Part shown: positions 38,835 to 51,436 of the stretch, piece after piece
Numbering within the stretch: position 1 is the stretch's first letter
Layout of the letters: each line of letters starts with the position of its first letter
Assembly (NCBI GenBank): GCA_965153285.1
Contig: OZ229115.1
Source: Podarcis tiliguerta
Lineage: Eukaryota
Strand: one strand, 5' to 3'
DNA length: 64,000 nucleotides
Position numbers and translations under genes: made by a program
Notes under the pieces: model-generated
What the model was told of the DNA's origin: nothing
The model's database searches: none
Seen by the model: the letters and a program-made list of their open reading frames with translations, nothing else

Positions 38835-39057
38835 CAGTCATACCTCATGTTACGGACGCTTCAGGTTACGTGTTTTCAGGTTGTAGACTGCGGGAAACCC
38901 AGAGGTATCGGAATGGGTTACTTCCGGGTTTCGCCACTCACACATGTGCAGAAGCGCCAAATCGTGCCTGCGCAGACGCGGCGCTTCAGGATGTGAACGC
39001 TGCGGGTTGCGGACGTGCCTCTGTCATGGATTACATCCACAACTCGAGGTTCCACTG
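38835..39057. mobile_element. Tigger/pogo-like MITE
   Basis: cagtcatacctc...gaggttccactg, flanked by TA. Confidence 0.8.
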
Positions 39058-39182
39058 TAATAGCAATCTATAACAAGTATACATAAAACCATACAATAAA
39101 AACTATTTGAAATGTTGCAATCAGAAATGCATATACAGACATACATAATTGTCTTTGTATGCTTCCTTTCTATAGTCAAAAC

Positions 39183-39318
39183 CAGGCTTCCTCAACCTCA
39201 GCCCTCCAGATGTTTTGAGACTGCAATTCCCATCATCCCTGACCACTGGTCCTGCTAGCTAGGGATCATGGGAGTTGTAGGCCAAAAGCATCTGGAGGGC
39301 CGAGGTTGAGGAACCCTG
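39183..39318. mobile_element. hAT MITE (136-bp near-palindrome)
   Basis: Long inverted arms; exact 8-bp TSD GTCAAAAC (39175-39182 / 39319-39326). Confidence 0.92.
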
Positions 39319-40219
39319 GTCAAAACCATGCTCAAGATAGTTTATAAAATGGAAGAAAATACATAATTAAAAGCATTGTAGTCATAAAGAATAAATAAAA
39401 CAACAAAAAGGACACAACCACATTAAGCATATTCCAGATAAACCATAGTAAGATCTAAAATAAAGTTACAAAATAATAATATAAACAGCAACAACAACTC
39501 CCCAAAACAAAGAGTCTGTTCAACAGCCTCAGCTTCTGCAGCTGGAGTCAGTCAGGGCCCCACCCTCCCAGGCCAGATGGGAAAAGGCTTGTAAGGCAGG
39601 GAACAGTTCTTCTAGGACTCACAGCCTCTCGCCTCTTCATAGCAGCCTCAGCTTTTGCAGCTGAAGTCTGCCATTTTCATTTCTCACCAATGTCCCAGAG
39701 CAACGTTATGTTGAGGGCATTCTGGAATGTCAATATGGCAGCTCCCAAGCCCAGCTGCCTGGTGCAAACCTTTAAGAGTAAGGTATCAGGACTAAGCCTT
39801 GCTAGGGCTCTGGGACCCTGACAACTGTCAAATGATGCTACGTGACACTAGGCCTGCCTATAAGTCTTCGCTGCTTATTTGCTATAGGCTTTCTGAAACA
39901 GAAAAGAAATCCTTTATGGACTATGCCTGTCAGACAGAGGGGAATTTGTATTAATAGGAACCCCCACAGAGACTGTAAGACTTGGTGAAAGAAGTCATGA
40001 AACTTGTAGTTCAAAATGAATTGGTAGCGCAAACCTACATATTACATATGATGGCTGGTGTAGAGCCCCCCAACATGTCAAAATTGATCAGTTAAGGGCT
40101 GGGGTTGTAATGATTTGGACCACTGGCTGAATTCAGCTCCCTGTTTCTTTCGGTGGATAGGTAGGTAGGTAGATAGAGATGCATTTAAAAAACCCATCTC
40201 TTTGCAAATATTTGCAAAT

Positions 40220-40628
40220 AAAGCCCTAAACGGCCTCGGTCCAGTATACCTGAAGGAGCGTCTCCACCCCCATCATCCTACCCGGACACTGAGGTCCAGC
40301 ACGGAGGGCCTTCTGGCGGTTCCCTCACTGCGAGAAGCCAAGTTACAGGGAACCAGGCAGAGGGCCTTATCGGTAGTGGCACCCTCCCTGTGGAACGCCC
40401 TCCCACCAGATGTCAAAGATAACAACAACTACCAGACTTTTAGAAGACATCTGAAGGCAGCCCTGTTTAGGGAAGCTTTTAATGTTTGATATATCACAGT
40501 ATTTTAATATTCTTTTGGAAGCCGCCCAGAGTGGCTGGGGAAGCCCAGCCAGATGGGCGGGGTATAAATAAAGGAATTATTATTATTATTATTATTGTTG
40601 TTGTTTGTTGTTTGTTGTTTGTTGTTGT
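40220..40628 (+). mobile_element. L2-clade LINE 3' fragment with an (ATT)n/(GTT)n tail
   Basis: KALNGLGPVYLKERL...FRRHLKAALFREAFNV, nearly identical to the end of ORF 36919-37545. Confidence 0.92.
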
Positions 40629-41479
40629 TGTTGTTATTATTGTTATTGATGTCAGGGCTTACCAGAGCTTTAGGCAAATGTCTAGCTCACGAGAATGTGG
40701 AAAAGCTGGAGTCAGTAGACACTACTCTATGGAATAGGCAAGGACTACTCATCATCAATGTTTTGTACTCCTTTGCCCAGAAGTATGAATTTCTGCTGCT
40801 TGTTATGTTCTCCCATAACAACCCTTGAAAATTCTACTACTCTGAAATGAAGTCTTCCCTTTGATGGCTGTGAGCCAGGTGCCAGCAGCCCCAAAATATG
40901 AAATTTCTCCATTTGTCAGTAGCGCTAGAAAAATTATATCTCCCAGTGCTTCTGGCACCTGGCTTGCAGTTGTAGCAAGAAAAAGGGGGCCAGGGGAGGG
41001 ACACAGCATCCTTCTCCCCCCCTCCCCACTGCCACTGGTGCCGCTGGAGCAATAAGCAGGTGGTTGTGAAGAAAGAGGAGGCAGAGGGTTTGAAAGCTCT
41101 CAGGGAAGGCTGGGGAAGAGTCAGACCCCACTGTGCTTCCACTGATGTGACAGGGTTTAATTTTGCTCAGAATTGGGTTCAGAAGTGGGTAGGGGCAGCA
41201 GGATCAACACTGGGTTCAGTGCTGCAATGGAGGAGACTTTTAAAAATCCAGTGGAATAGCTGATGCTCTTGTGAGAGCCTATAAAAAGCATGGAACTGTA
41301 GAGGAGGGGGTGAAAATGAAAGGAAAAATGTGTGCAGGCAATGCCTGCCTTGAAGGAAATGTTGAAGGGAGGTCACCAATTGTGCTTCATACCTGCTTCT
41401 GAATGCTTGCTTTGATTACAATGTGTGGGTACATGTTGGAGGAACTTAAAACTTCCGTGTGTGTGGTGGTCACACCAAT

Positions 41480-41900
41480 GTAGAGATGGGCTAGTACTGT
41501 ATGTCAATTTCAATTTCTCTCAGCTTCTCATTTTTCCTATATTTAGTTCCATTCTCTATATTTCCACATCAGTTTGCATTTTTAAACAAACAAACAAACA
41601 AACATGTTCTTTTTAAAAAACAAACAACCCTCATGAAAATTCATCAGCATTTTAGTGTGGCTTTCTCCTAATATATACATATTTAGAAATGGCCCCCCCA
41701 GCCTAATTCAATGCATTTTTGTATGCTATTTTCACAAACATATGCATCTATATGCCCACTTTACCCTAGCACGTGCATTTATGTACATATTATTTGGAGA
41801 TTTTGAAGGATGCCTGTGTTTGAGTTTGCATATTATTTTAGAAAATACCAATGAGGTAAGTTTGCCAGTAAATCCAAAGTGAATTGGATTACTTCCCCAT
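41480..41900. repeat. AT-rich interspersed repeat, probably a non-autonomous DNA element; relatives at ~27290-27530, 36617-37935, 61820-62165 and 63800-64000
   Basis: Shared phrases such as cctcatgaaaattcatcagcattttagtg, cctaatata and atgcatttttgtatgc, in either orientation. Confidence 0.6.
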
Positions 41901-44397
41901 TCTTACACACATGTGACTGTGCAGCCCCTATGTGTGTGCCCCACACTCACTGTCCTCCACTGCTTGTGGCTCACAGGGCCAAAATGATTGCCCACTCCTG
42001 CCCTATCCCATTTCAGGGCGCTCACCAAGCTATCTTCCTGGCTGAGAACATAAGTTTTATGATTCAACACCAGAGTCCCCCACATTCAGTCTCTGAGATC
42101 ACACATCTGTTTTTGTCTTCTTTCCTGATAACTTTGCACAAGAACCGATGGACTTTGATGCACACACCTGATAAATAAACCATGGCACAATTGAATGAGG
42201 AGTTGTTACCTCCGTTGACAAATGACTTTCCTTTTTAGACATTCTCCCCCAGTCTGCCAATTTTGCTTACACTAGAAAGGGGCCAGAATGTCACCGGTTT
42301 GATTTCTACAGTCCCTTGGAAGCTGTTACATGGTGTGTGTTTTTTGCAATTCATGGAAGGAAAACCCATTTTATGGAAGGGAGGGTGCTATTGTTAACCT
42401 GCATGAAAAGGAAACCTGCCATTTTCTTTGGCGAAGCTTTCCTCACAACCTTTTTTATTTCCTGGTGAGAAGGCAATTCTATTAAAATTACATTTTGTGT
42501 ATTTCAGAGACAGAGAGAAGAAAAAAGCTAGAGAGAAATGAGAAAATGAGCTCAAAGAGCTAGACATACTTTTGAAGTGGGTTTTAAAAAACACTCTTTT
42601 CTCCTGAAACATGCTACTCTCAAGGACAGAAATGCTTATCTCAGCCCTACTGAAGTTTCATTGAATGATAAGGATCTCTTTAAAATCTGACGCTCCATAA
42701 GGCCTTTCCTAAATTGTTTGTGACTATCTATTTAGATGGAATTGATATCTAATCTCCTAGGGATTCATTCCCTTCCTTTCTTTTTTTTACTATCCCCCCC
42801 ATACCCATACTCACACTCCATCATCTTCGGCTCTCACCCTCCCAGATTATATTAAGACATATCACAAAGTACTTTAAACATTTGATTCAGATGCCATTCA
42901 AACCAGTGAGGAAACCTTTTCACTCATTTAGAACAACGAGACATATTCCTAACCTGTCTCTGGGCTTCTGTCAGACTTATTTCCTTCACACAAGGATTAT
43001 TTCACCAAACGTTTGTCATTTGTTCTGTCATGTCAATAGCACCTTGCAGGGTGCTGCCATTTTCTCCAGTTTGATCTGTTGTGTAAGATGGGACTTGGGT
43101 TAGGGGATGTCATATAGGTGACGCTTGAGAGAGGCAGGGAACAAAGCAGTGGTGGTTATCCTTTTCAACAAGTGGCACAAGTCCCAAATGTATTTTATTC
43201 CATTTACAGTATCTCCTTCCTGACTTTCTTCTGTGCAACTAGGCATACACCGCTTAGGCACAGAGCTGCTTAGTTGTAGCAATGTTGCTGCATCATGTGC
43301 ATTCAGAACATGCCCTTGGTTTTGAGAAATAATGCTCCATTGTGTTTGCAGCCCTTGTGCCTTGCTATAGTATTGCAAGGAACAGCCCTTTGTTTAAACC
43401 TAAGACCTTGGTCAGGGAGGGGGAACCTGTGGCTGCCCAAATGTTGTTGGAGAACTACGTCTCCCATCATCTCTGGCCATTGTTCATGCTGGCTAGCGCT
43501 AATGGAAATTGGAGACCCACATCTGAAGGCTCACAGGTTCCCCATCCTTGGTTTAATCAGATCTTTTAGGAGTCCTCAGTACAGCTTGCGGCATCCCTCG
43601 CATAGTTTACCCAAACTATTCAGTCTTATTCAGGTGCTACGCCACACTTTGTTATGCATCGATTTATGCAAAGAAACATTGTCCAAGTATAATGTACCCA
43701 CCAGATACATTATCCTGAATATTTTTCATAATTCTTATTTGAGGTCTGATTAAGGGGTTGAAATTTGGCAGAACTACAATTTATTTGGAGAGAAAGTTAT
43801 GGAAGTTGCCTCAAAGATCTGCTTTGGGTTTGAGTAATAAACCAGCTGCATACAATCCATTATGTAGTCCATTTCCCTATGCAACCAATTTTCACATGTG
43901 CCTTTGTTTAATTATTGTTCTGAGGTCTGTATTAGAAACCTGTGTGGCAAGACATCCTTCAACCAAACTTCTCTCTGAAGCTCTCTTTTAAATTAAAAGC
44001 AACATAGAAGGTAAGAGGCAAATCAATCCTTTAAAAATCTTTGTTCTGCCAGTGCAGACTGAAGTTTGCATAAGGCTTAACAATTCTCCCCAAATGATTG
44101 GTGCTTTCTTTTCTGGGGGATTGATTTTATTATGCTTTTAATAACCTTTTACAGCAAAGCATGATGATTATAATAAAAATAAACAACAGTTGGTCAATAT
44201 TGCTTTGACTGTGTCTGTAGTGGTCCAGAATGAAACACCATGAGCCATTCTGCTTAGGAGCATCACTGTCAAGATAAAGATAAGCAGCAGCAAAGGCCCA
44301 GGTTTTCAACTTTGCACCAAAGTGCAAGTATAGATGATTTTGGAGATTTGCTTCAAGATACCGCAGTTGTGATTAATTTACTTGTTTTTTGAATTTA

Positions 44398-44757
44398 AAA
44401 AAGGCAAAGGACCCCTGACAGTTAAGTCCAGTCACAGATGACTCTGGGGTTGCAGCGCTCATCTTGCTTTGAGGCCGAGGGAGCCGGCGTTTGTCCACAG
44501 AGAGTTTTTCTGGGTCATGTGGCCAGCATGACGAACCCGCTTCTGGCGAAACCAGAGCAGTGCACAGAAACGCTGTTTACCTTCCCGCCAGAGTGGTACC
44601 TATTTATCTATTTGCACTTTGGGGTGTGCTTTCGAACTGCTAGGTTGGCAGGAGCAGGGACCGAGCAACGGGAGCTCAGCCCATTGCAGGGATTCAAACC
44701 GCCAACCTTCCGATCGGCAAGCCCAAGAGGCTCAGTGGTTTAGACCACAGCGCCATC
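44398..44757 (-). mobile_element. Sauria SINE
   Basis: Reverse complement of the 24573 family: aaaggcaaaggacccctg...tagaccacagcgcca. Confidence 0.92.
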
Positions 44758-46220
44758 CAAAGTGCTTAATTTCGAGTGACTTTAAATTCTTAATTTTTCA
44801 CTTGTTTTAATTTATGCGCCTTTAGCAATACACCAGTTCATACCATTACTGTAAATGAAACAAAACAGAAATAGAGACACTTTTGTATTTTGGTAGCAGG
44901 GGACAGGGAAACAACACCTACCCACACCTGGTAGTAGGTAAATAGATGTATTTTTAATTCTGGGTTAGCACTAAGGCAAAAGCCAGACAGAGGACCTAAT
45001 GCAAAGAATATTAAATCCGTTTGCTTAAGTGAGCATGGCTGGCTGGTGGCTACTAGCTTTTACACACATCCCACCTGCTTGTTTAGAAAGAAACAAGTTG
45101 GCCATTGGGAGCTCTTACACCTGCCTAGCATACAACAGTGGAGAGGGCATGTTGTTTGGTTTGGTTTTGGGGAACTGATGCTGGTCCTGTATGTGTGCTT
45201 TTCTGTACCCCCATATTCAAATTGCACATTTGTAAATAAGTATACTATTAAAACACACAATTGGCTTCCTCATGTCGAATTGCCTGCAATTGCATTAGAC
45301 AGCCATGGTAAAGGGAATGGATGTACGTACACAATTACTCTCATCCAAAGGAACATGCATGCTGTAGCTATAGAAAGCTAAAGTCTTGCCAGTCTGCTGT
45401 TTTTCAGGAAAGGAGAGTGCTATGGATGTTCAGCAGCATCGAGAAGCAAGAAGGAGCCTCCCCACCTCACTGTCCTGGAAATCTGTGATTTTACTAGCCT
45501 TGACATTTTCCTGAACACTGAAAAGGTTTAAACATCCCCCCTTTCGCTTTGTATAGATTGGGCCCATCAGACTCTCTTTCTCCCTCCTTCTCTCTCTCTC
45601 TCTCTCTTTAATTTTGATCAGCCAGTCTCCTTAATGGTGTGTGTGTGTGTGGTTTTAAACCTGTATGGGTGGATCTACACAAAGGGAAAAACCCACTATA
45701 AATAAGTCGTAAACGAAATTGTTATAACAAAAGAAAAAACCGCTATGGAAAATCACATAGATTTTTTTTACTCTCCATCGCCATCTGGTGCTGCATGTTT
45801 ATAACGCATTCAAAACACTGTGTTTTGACTAATGTAGCTGAGTCCGATGTCATCCAGATGCTTTTATGCTATGGGAGTGTAGAAATAAATAACAATATTG
45901 CAATAGTTTTATCTGTTTTGTTAATGGTGTGTTGTGTTGTTGTAACCTACCCTGGGACCATAATGGTGAAGAGTTAGGGTTAAAAAATATCACGAATAAA
46001 TAAAAGATTGGATCTGAGCTGGGAATATGGATCCAGGGTACATGCACATGCATTTTGCCATCCTATTGGCTCAGGGTACATAGCGCTAAAATGCGAACTC
46101 CTTATAGAGCTCAGATCTAAGATATTTCAAGCAGCCTTTGCCAAGCATTAAGGCTATTTTGTTACCAAGTTAATGAGTTAGGAAAGTTTCTCAGTTAACT
46201 CCAAATATAACAATACGGAG

Positions 46221-46258
<38 letters not shown>

Positions 46259-47473
46259 TTCTTTACACAAAGTGCTATTATTATTATTATTTATAAAGAG
46301 AAGTAAAAAAGAAGAAAGAATAATATAGTATATTACTATAAAAAATATGAAGCTTGTTGTTATTTTTAATTACCTTTACCATGGGCAACATGTTTGGGGA
46401 AAGAGGTTGGGGAACTCCAGGTCAGAGCGAGGAACGTGAGCTCCCCTCTCTCTTTATTTTAACAGATTAGTAGGTATGGACTCAAATGCCACCAGAAGCA
46501 AGATATACACATTTAAATGAAGAGCCACCAGCTCCAAGGCAAAAGCTCTCCAGGGAAATGTGAGTGAGTACCTTGATCAATTCAGCCATAGTTGCTTCTT
46601 ATTCTCACCCAGCCACTACACAACCTCATTTACCATCATAAGCCTGGTATGTCAGATTGAAAGGAAAGAGCTTCAAATATCACTGGTGTTGCTAAATTGC
46701 TCCCCTAGGAAGTCAACTGCACGGGTGCACCTGACTTTATTACTGTTTCCTGATCTTAATCCATTTATTTATTTATTTATTTATTGCACATCATTTGTTC
46801 AAAGCAAACCAGTAATTTTGCAGGAACATTTCTGGTCTGCATTTGCATTTGGATCTGAATAGCCAGAACGTAAATCCGCTCACCTTTTCATCAGTGGGCA
46901 GCATTGCAGCCAGGCAGCCATGCCTCAATGGTTTTCCAGCTTAGGAGTGGAGGCAGGCCACCTCCCCCCTACGTCACAGCTGGCTGTGTCATCTGTGCTG
47001 GGGGACAGCCCTAGCCAATCAGCTGGCAGGGTGGGTGGGGCCGCAGTTAATTGAATTGTGGCATGGCCGGCTGGCACCCTCTTCTTGCCTCTTTGTTGGA
47101 CCACCCTACCCCCACACACCATCTTTTCATGCTTTGCTCTGATATGACCTTGCTATGGCAATTGTCGGTCGCCATGTTGTTGGGGCCGCATAGGATTTTT
47201 TCCCACTTGGCAAATTGGCACCAGCCATTTGGTTTACACCTACCTGGTAGCAATTGTCACAACTTTTGTGAGGTTAGGTATTGGGTAAGCCTTTGCTCAG
47301 TTGGAGGGGAGGTTGACGCCTTCGCCAGCCTCTCCTCAGTAATGGTATCCTGTTAAAGGGATTCAGGGTGTGAACATTGTCTGAAGCCTGGGTATGGGCT
47401 AGGGCCATGTCACAGCCCCTATGGGAACCCCTCGGGGTGCCACTATTTGATGTAAGTTATAGGGCACCCCTTA

Positions 47474-47857
47474 AGACGCTGGTGGCGCTGTGGTCTAAAC
47501 CACTGAGTCTCTTGGGCTTGCCAATCAGAAGGTTGGTGGTTCGAATCCCCGCAACGGCATGAGCTCCCATTACTTGGTCCCAACTCCTGCCAACCTAGCA
47601 GTTCGAAAGCATGCCAAAAAAAGTGCAAGTAGATAAAAGGTACCGGTCCGGCGGGAAGGTAAACGGCATTTCTGTGCGCTGCTCTAATTTCGGTGCTCCG
47701 TTGTGCCAGAAGCAGCGTAGTCATGCTGGAAACATGACCCAGAAAAACTGTCTGCAGAGAAACGCTGGCTCCCTCGGCCTGTAAAGCGAGATGAACGCCG
47801 CAACCACAGAGTCGTCTGCGACTGGACTTAACTATCAGGGGTCCTTTACTTTTACCT
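47474..47857 (+). mobile_element. Sauria SINE nested in copy 2
   Basis: Boxes A and B, ACCTTT tail; 17-bp TSD ttatagg(g/a)cacccctta. Confidence 0.92.
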
Positions 47858-47990
47858 TTATAGGACACCCCTTATAAGTGGTTTACCGTTCAGTGGACTC
47901 CCTGGAGATGGGCAGGAGTCAAGATATAGCCTGGCTTGACCCAACGGTGGAGGAAGCCACTCAGGTTCCTGGGGCGGTGCGAGCTGCCCA

Positions 47991-48280
47991 CAGGGGTGGG
48001 ACAAGCCACCTATAGGGGCAGGGCACACCATGGGGCCTCCAGAGTCTGCCTGCCGCCTCCCACTCAGCTGCCCTACAGCTGGGGAGGAGGCAGCGGGCAG
48101 ACCATTTGGGCAGTGAGGAGCCTGCATGTGCCCAAGCCACTGCGTCTCTCCCAGAAGAGATGTGTGGCTTGGGTGTGCTGCAGGCCCCGCGATGAATGCA
48201 GCCCAGCATTTTGTCACCCCCCTCAGTGGTGACACCTGGGGCGGTCCGCACCCACTGCATCCCTCCTTCCTCCGTCCCCG
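47991..48280. mobile_element. GC-rich MITE nested in copy 2
   Basis: Imperfect ends caggggtgggacaag / cttcctccgtccccg; gtcacc...ggtgac hairpin; absent from copy 1. Confidence 0.55.
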
Positions 48281-50636
48281 GCTTCACCCCAATGCCTAAG
48301 CCAAACCGCTCACATCTGTAACCAATAAAGTTGTGGCCTATTTGAATCCATAAACCAAAATACTCAGTGTCAGTGTGTTTTATTGTTCTCTTGGGAACTT
48401 TGTGGTTCAGATGCCTTGGCACGCAAATAAGCAATGGCTCACCATCCATAGAACAGGAATTATGAAGGAGAGTTTTCCCCCCTTTCCTGAGTGATGCCAG
48501 ATTTTACATTTCTTAGGGTTTCCTAAGATTTCCACTAGATTTCCAGATCAGATTCCTAAGATTTCCACTAGATTTCCAGATCAGGTATTAGCTCTGGAAT
48601 TCCATCTGCGACGAAACTGGAAAAGTGCAGAGTTAGAAAGAAGGGCTGCAAATTTTTCATATGAAAGGAAAAGAAACAATAGGGGCACTTCTAGACTGTC
48701 ACTATTTTGGTTTGGGATGCAGTCACATCCCAGCAGGTTCAAGCTGTGCAATTAAAGCAGATTTGCAGCTCTTGCAAAACAATCTTCCCTCAAAGTTCAG
48801 AGTTTTAGTGATGAAGAAAGTAGTGAGAAAATGCAATGGAAAGTGTGGGATAACACTTGGCTTGGCACAACACCATCTAATCTTCCCCCAAACAAATCAG
48901 GCTGAATGTTCTTTAAATAGTTGATGTTTCCTAATGCCCTTGCAAACAAATCAGGCTGAGTGAGCATTAAACAGGTTGTCTGGAAGTGATGTAGGACTTT
49001 CCTCTATTTCCTGCAAATGGCACTGTGTCACTATTTCATGTGCGTTCTGGAGAGACAAGAACTACTGTATTGTGAATCTGCTTTCTTGGAATGGGGGGAT
49101 ATACTGGGAAGGATTTCTCTTTTCAGCACCCCTGTCAATGACTACATACCCCCTGAGCTCATGCATTCCACACAGCTCAAGCCTAGGTGATACTAACTTT
49201 ACTGAAGGCTGTAAGGGTCTGTAAATACGCTATTTTGTTTCCAATAAAGAGATATTAGAATAGAAGAAACGTCTGGACTTATTTACTGCCCTTTCTACAC
49301 AAAGATGCTGTGCAATTCTGCTAATTGCTTTACGACGCTCCGAAGCTACACTGCGTAAACAGAAGCTGCAGAGGTCCGCAAGGGAAGCGTGGCTGGGCGC
49401 CAAACAATAAAGCAATAAATCTATTGAACAGAGCTTAACTATGCTCTATGCAAAGTAGGGCAGAGGTGATTCTAGTCCCTGGACTAGAGAACAGTTTGCT
49501 ACAAAAGAGGGCCAAACCCATGCTAAACTGTTCTGATGAGGACTTTGATGCAATACCATGCTTGAGCTTGGTTTTGGTCCTGAGGTTTTAGCAGACCTGC
49601 AATCCTAGCTTTTTAATATTCACCTTTTCTCCATGCACACTACTGTTTCAAACGAACACAGGTTGAATTTTATTTTCCTGTGCTAACCAATCTCCACAAT
49701 GCAGGAAGGTCTTGTTCCATAATAGCCTTGCTATGCTTCAATGGTGCATCAAGTAGCTCTTGCATAACAAGGGCCTGATTCCAGCATCACCCGCACTAAT
49801 ATCAGTCAAGAGTAACTCCACTAAAATCAATGGGCCTTGCACGGCTAATGCAAGAGGAGAGGCAAGCCCCATCATTTACAGAATATTATACTGGAGAGTA
49901 TAAAGGTGCAATAGAAATGCAAGGTATTATGGCGCTATTTATTACTGTACATTAAATCCATGTACCGTAGAAGTGCAAGTCAAATATAAGTGCTAGGTGC
50001 AATTTGGTGGGTTCTCGGGATGACCGTTGCTTTCTTTCTCCATAGAGCGATGCCATGAATAAAGAGATCAGAGATATAAAATGCATATGGCCTAATAAAA
50101 AACCCCAGCTTTTCTTTATAGTACTGTGCCAAAATTTGTGCCTCAGTTCCTCAAAAAAGCTTTCTATTTCTGTGAAACAGGCCTCGGTTTTCTGCCTCAT
50201 TCTCATGGTGCTTTATTACAGAGTAGCATGGGAGGTATAGGCCTTTTCCCCACCTGTGAACATTTCCTCACCACTCTGTAGCCTCCCTGGCTGCCTTTGC
50301 TTGCTGATCTGAAAAAGTCCCATGGGAGGAGTCGCCTCATGATGTCTTGCCCTGGACTTTATTTGAATAGCAGAAGGGGGGGAAGTTACAGAGCACAGAC
50401 CAGTGAGGAGAGGCTTTGTAGAATGAAATAAAGAATGTTCATCACCCCTTAGCTACCTCAAAAGTAAGGTAAGTGCATTAACAAACACACACACATTCGC
50501 AAGATTGTCAGCAAATTTTTCTCTTCCTTTTGGTAATTTCTGAATGCAATATTTTTTTTCATGAATAGATGAAGAATGGTAGAGGGCGGGGAATAAAGGA
50601 GGGTTTTGTGTGTGTGTGTGTTGCACAAGACTAATA

Positions 50637-50876
50637 CAGTGGTACCTCAGTTTCCAAACGCCTCTGTTGTCGTATGTTTTGGTTCTTGAATGCTGAAAAC
50701 CCGGAAGTAAATGCTTCTGTTTTTGAACATTTTTCGGAACCCGAACGTGTGATGCGTCTTCCGCTGACTGCAAGAAGCTCTTGCAACCAATGGCAAGCCG
50801 CGGCTTGGTTTTCAAACGTCTCATAAGCCAAATGGACTTCCAGAACGGATTACATTTGAGAACCGAGGTACCACAG
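50637..50876. mobile_element. Tigger/pogo-like MITE
   Basis: cagtggtacctcagtt...aaccgaggtaccacag; TA flanks. Confidence 0.85.
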
Positions 50877-51020
50877 TAACTGGAAATTTCAGCAACATCT
50901 TCTCTTTGTCCTCATGCTTCCTCCTTTTCATAGTCTGATCGGCTAGGAAGAATGTTCTGCCCAAGCTTCTGTAACACCCATGTTCACTTACCTTTATCCA
51001 GTTTTAAAGGTACCTAAACG

Positions 51021-51198
51021 CAGTGGGGGGTTTTTTCTATAAAAAAAAAATTAGGGGTATTCTCATTTTGACTCAAGAAAATCATCATTTTATAGTTCAA
51101 ATCAGGAAAAATACAGTAAATTGACAAAAGTACAGATTCATGAAATGTTTAGGGGTATATGTACCCCTGCACACCCCCCCCCCCTGAAAAAAGCATTG
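51021..51198. mobile_element. hAT-type MITE
   Basis: cagtg...aaaaaagcattg; 8-bp TSD cctaaacg/cctaaaca. Confidence 0.75.
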
Positions 51199-51215
51199 CC
51201 TAAACATATCCCTCA

Positions 51216-51436
51216 TGAGAAGAGAAAACTCCCTGGAAAAGACCCTGATGTTGGGAAAGATGGAGGGTACAAGGAGAAGGGGATGACAGAGGACAAGATG
51301 GTTGGACAGTGTTCTCGAAGCTACGAACATGAGTTTGACCAAACTGCAGGAGGCAGTGGAAGATAGGAGTGCCTGGCTTGCTTGGGTCCATGGGGTCACG
51401 AAGAGTCGGACATGACTAAACGACTAAACAACAACA
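51216..51436 (+). mobile_element. RTE-BovB LINE 3' fragment
   Basis: ctccctggaaaagaccctgatgttgggaaagat...ggggtcacgaagagtcggacatgactaaacgactaaac(aac)n; TSD aaacatatccctca. Confidence 0.92.

Larger units (their letters stand above)
46904..48426 (+). mobile_element. Unclassified LTR-like element with TTGC...GCAA ends (copy 2), carrying two nested insertions
   Basis: Left end ttgcagccaggca versus reverse complement of the right end ttgcgtgccaaggca; CCAAT at ~47014; shares TGACCTTGCTATG, TTTTCCCACTTGGC, GTAGCAAT..GTCACAACTT, GTTAAAGG and AATAAAGTTGTGGCCTA with copy 1. Confidence 0.7.

Noticed and set aside
47443-48449. Cluster of 98-162 aa ORFs
   Set aside because: They span SINE, MITE and host-element junctions in GC-rich sequence; no coherent protein
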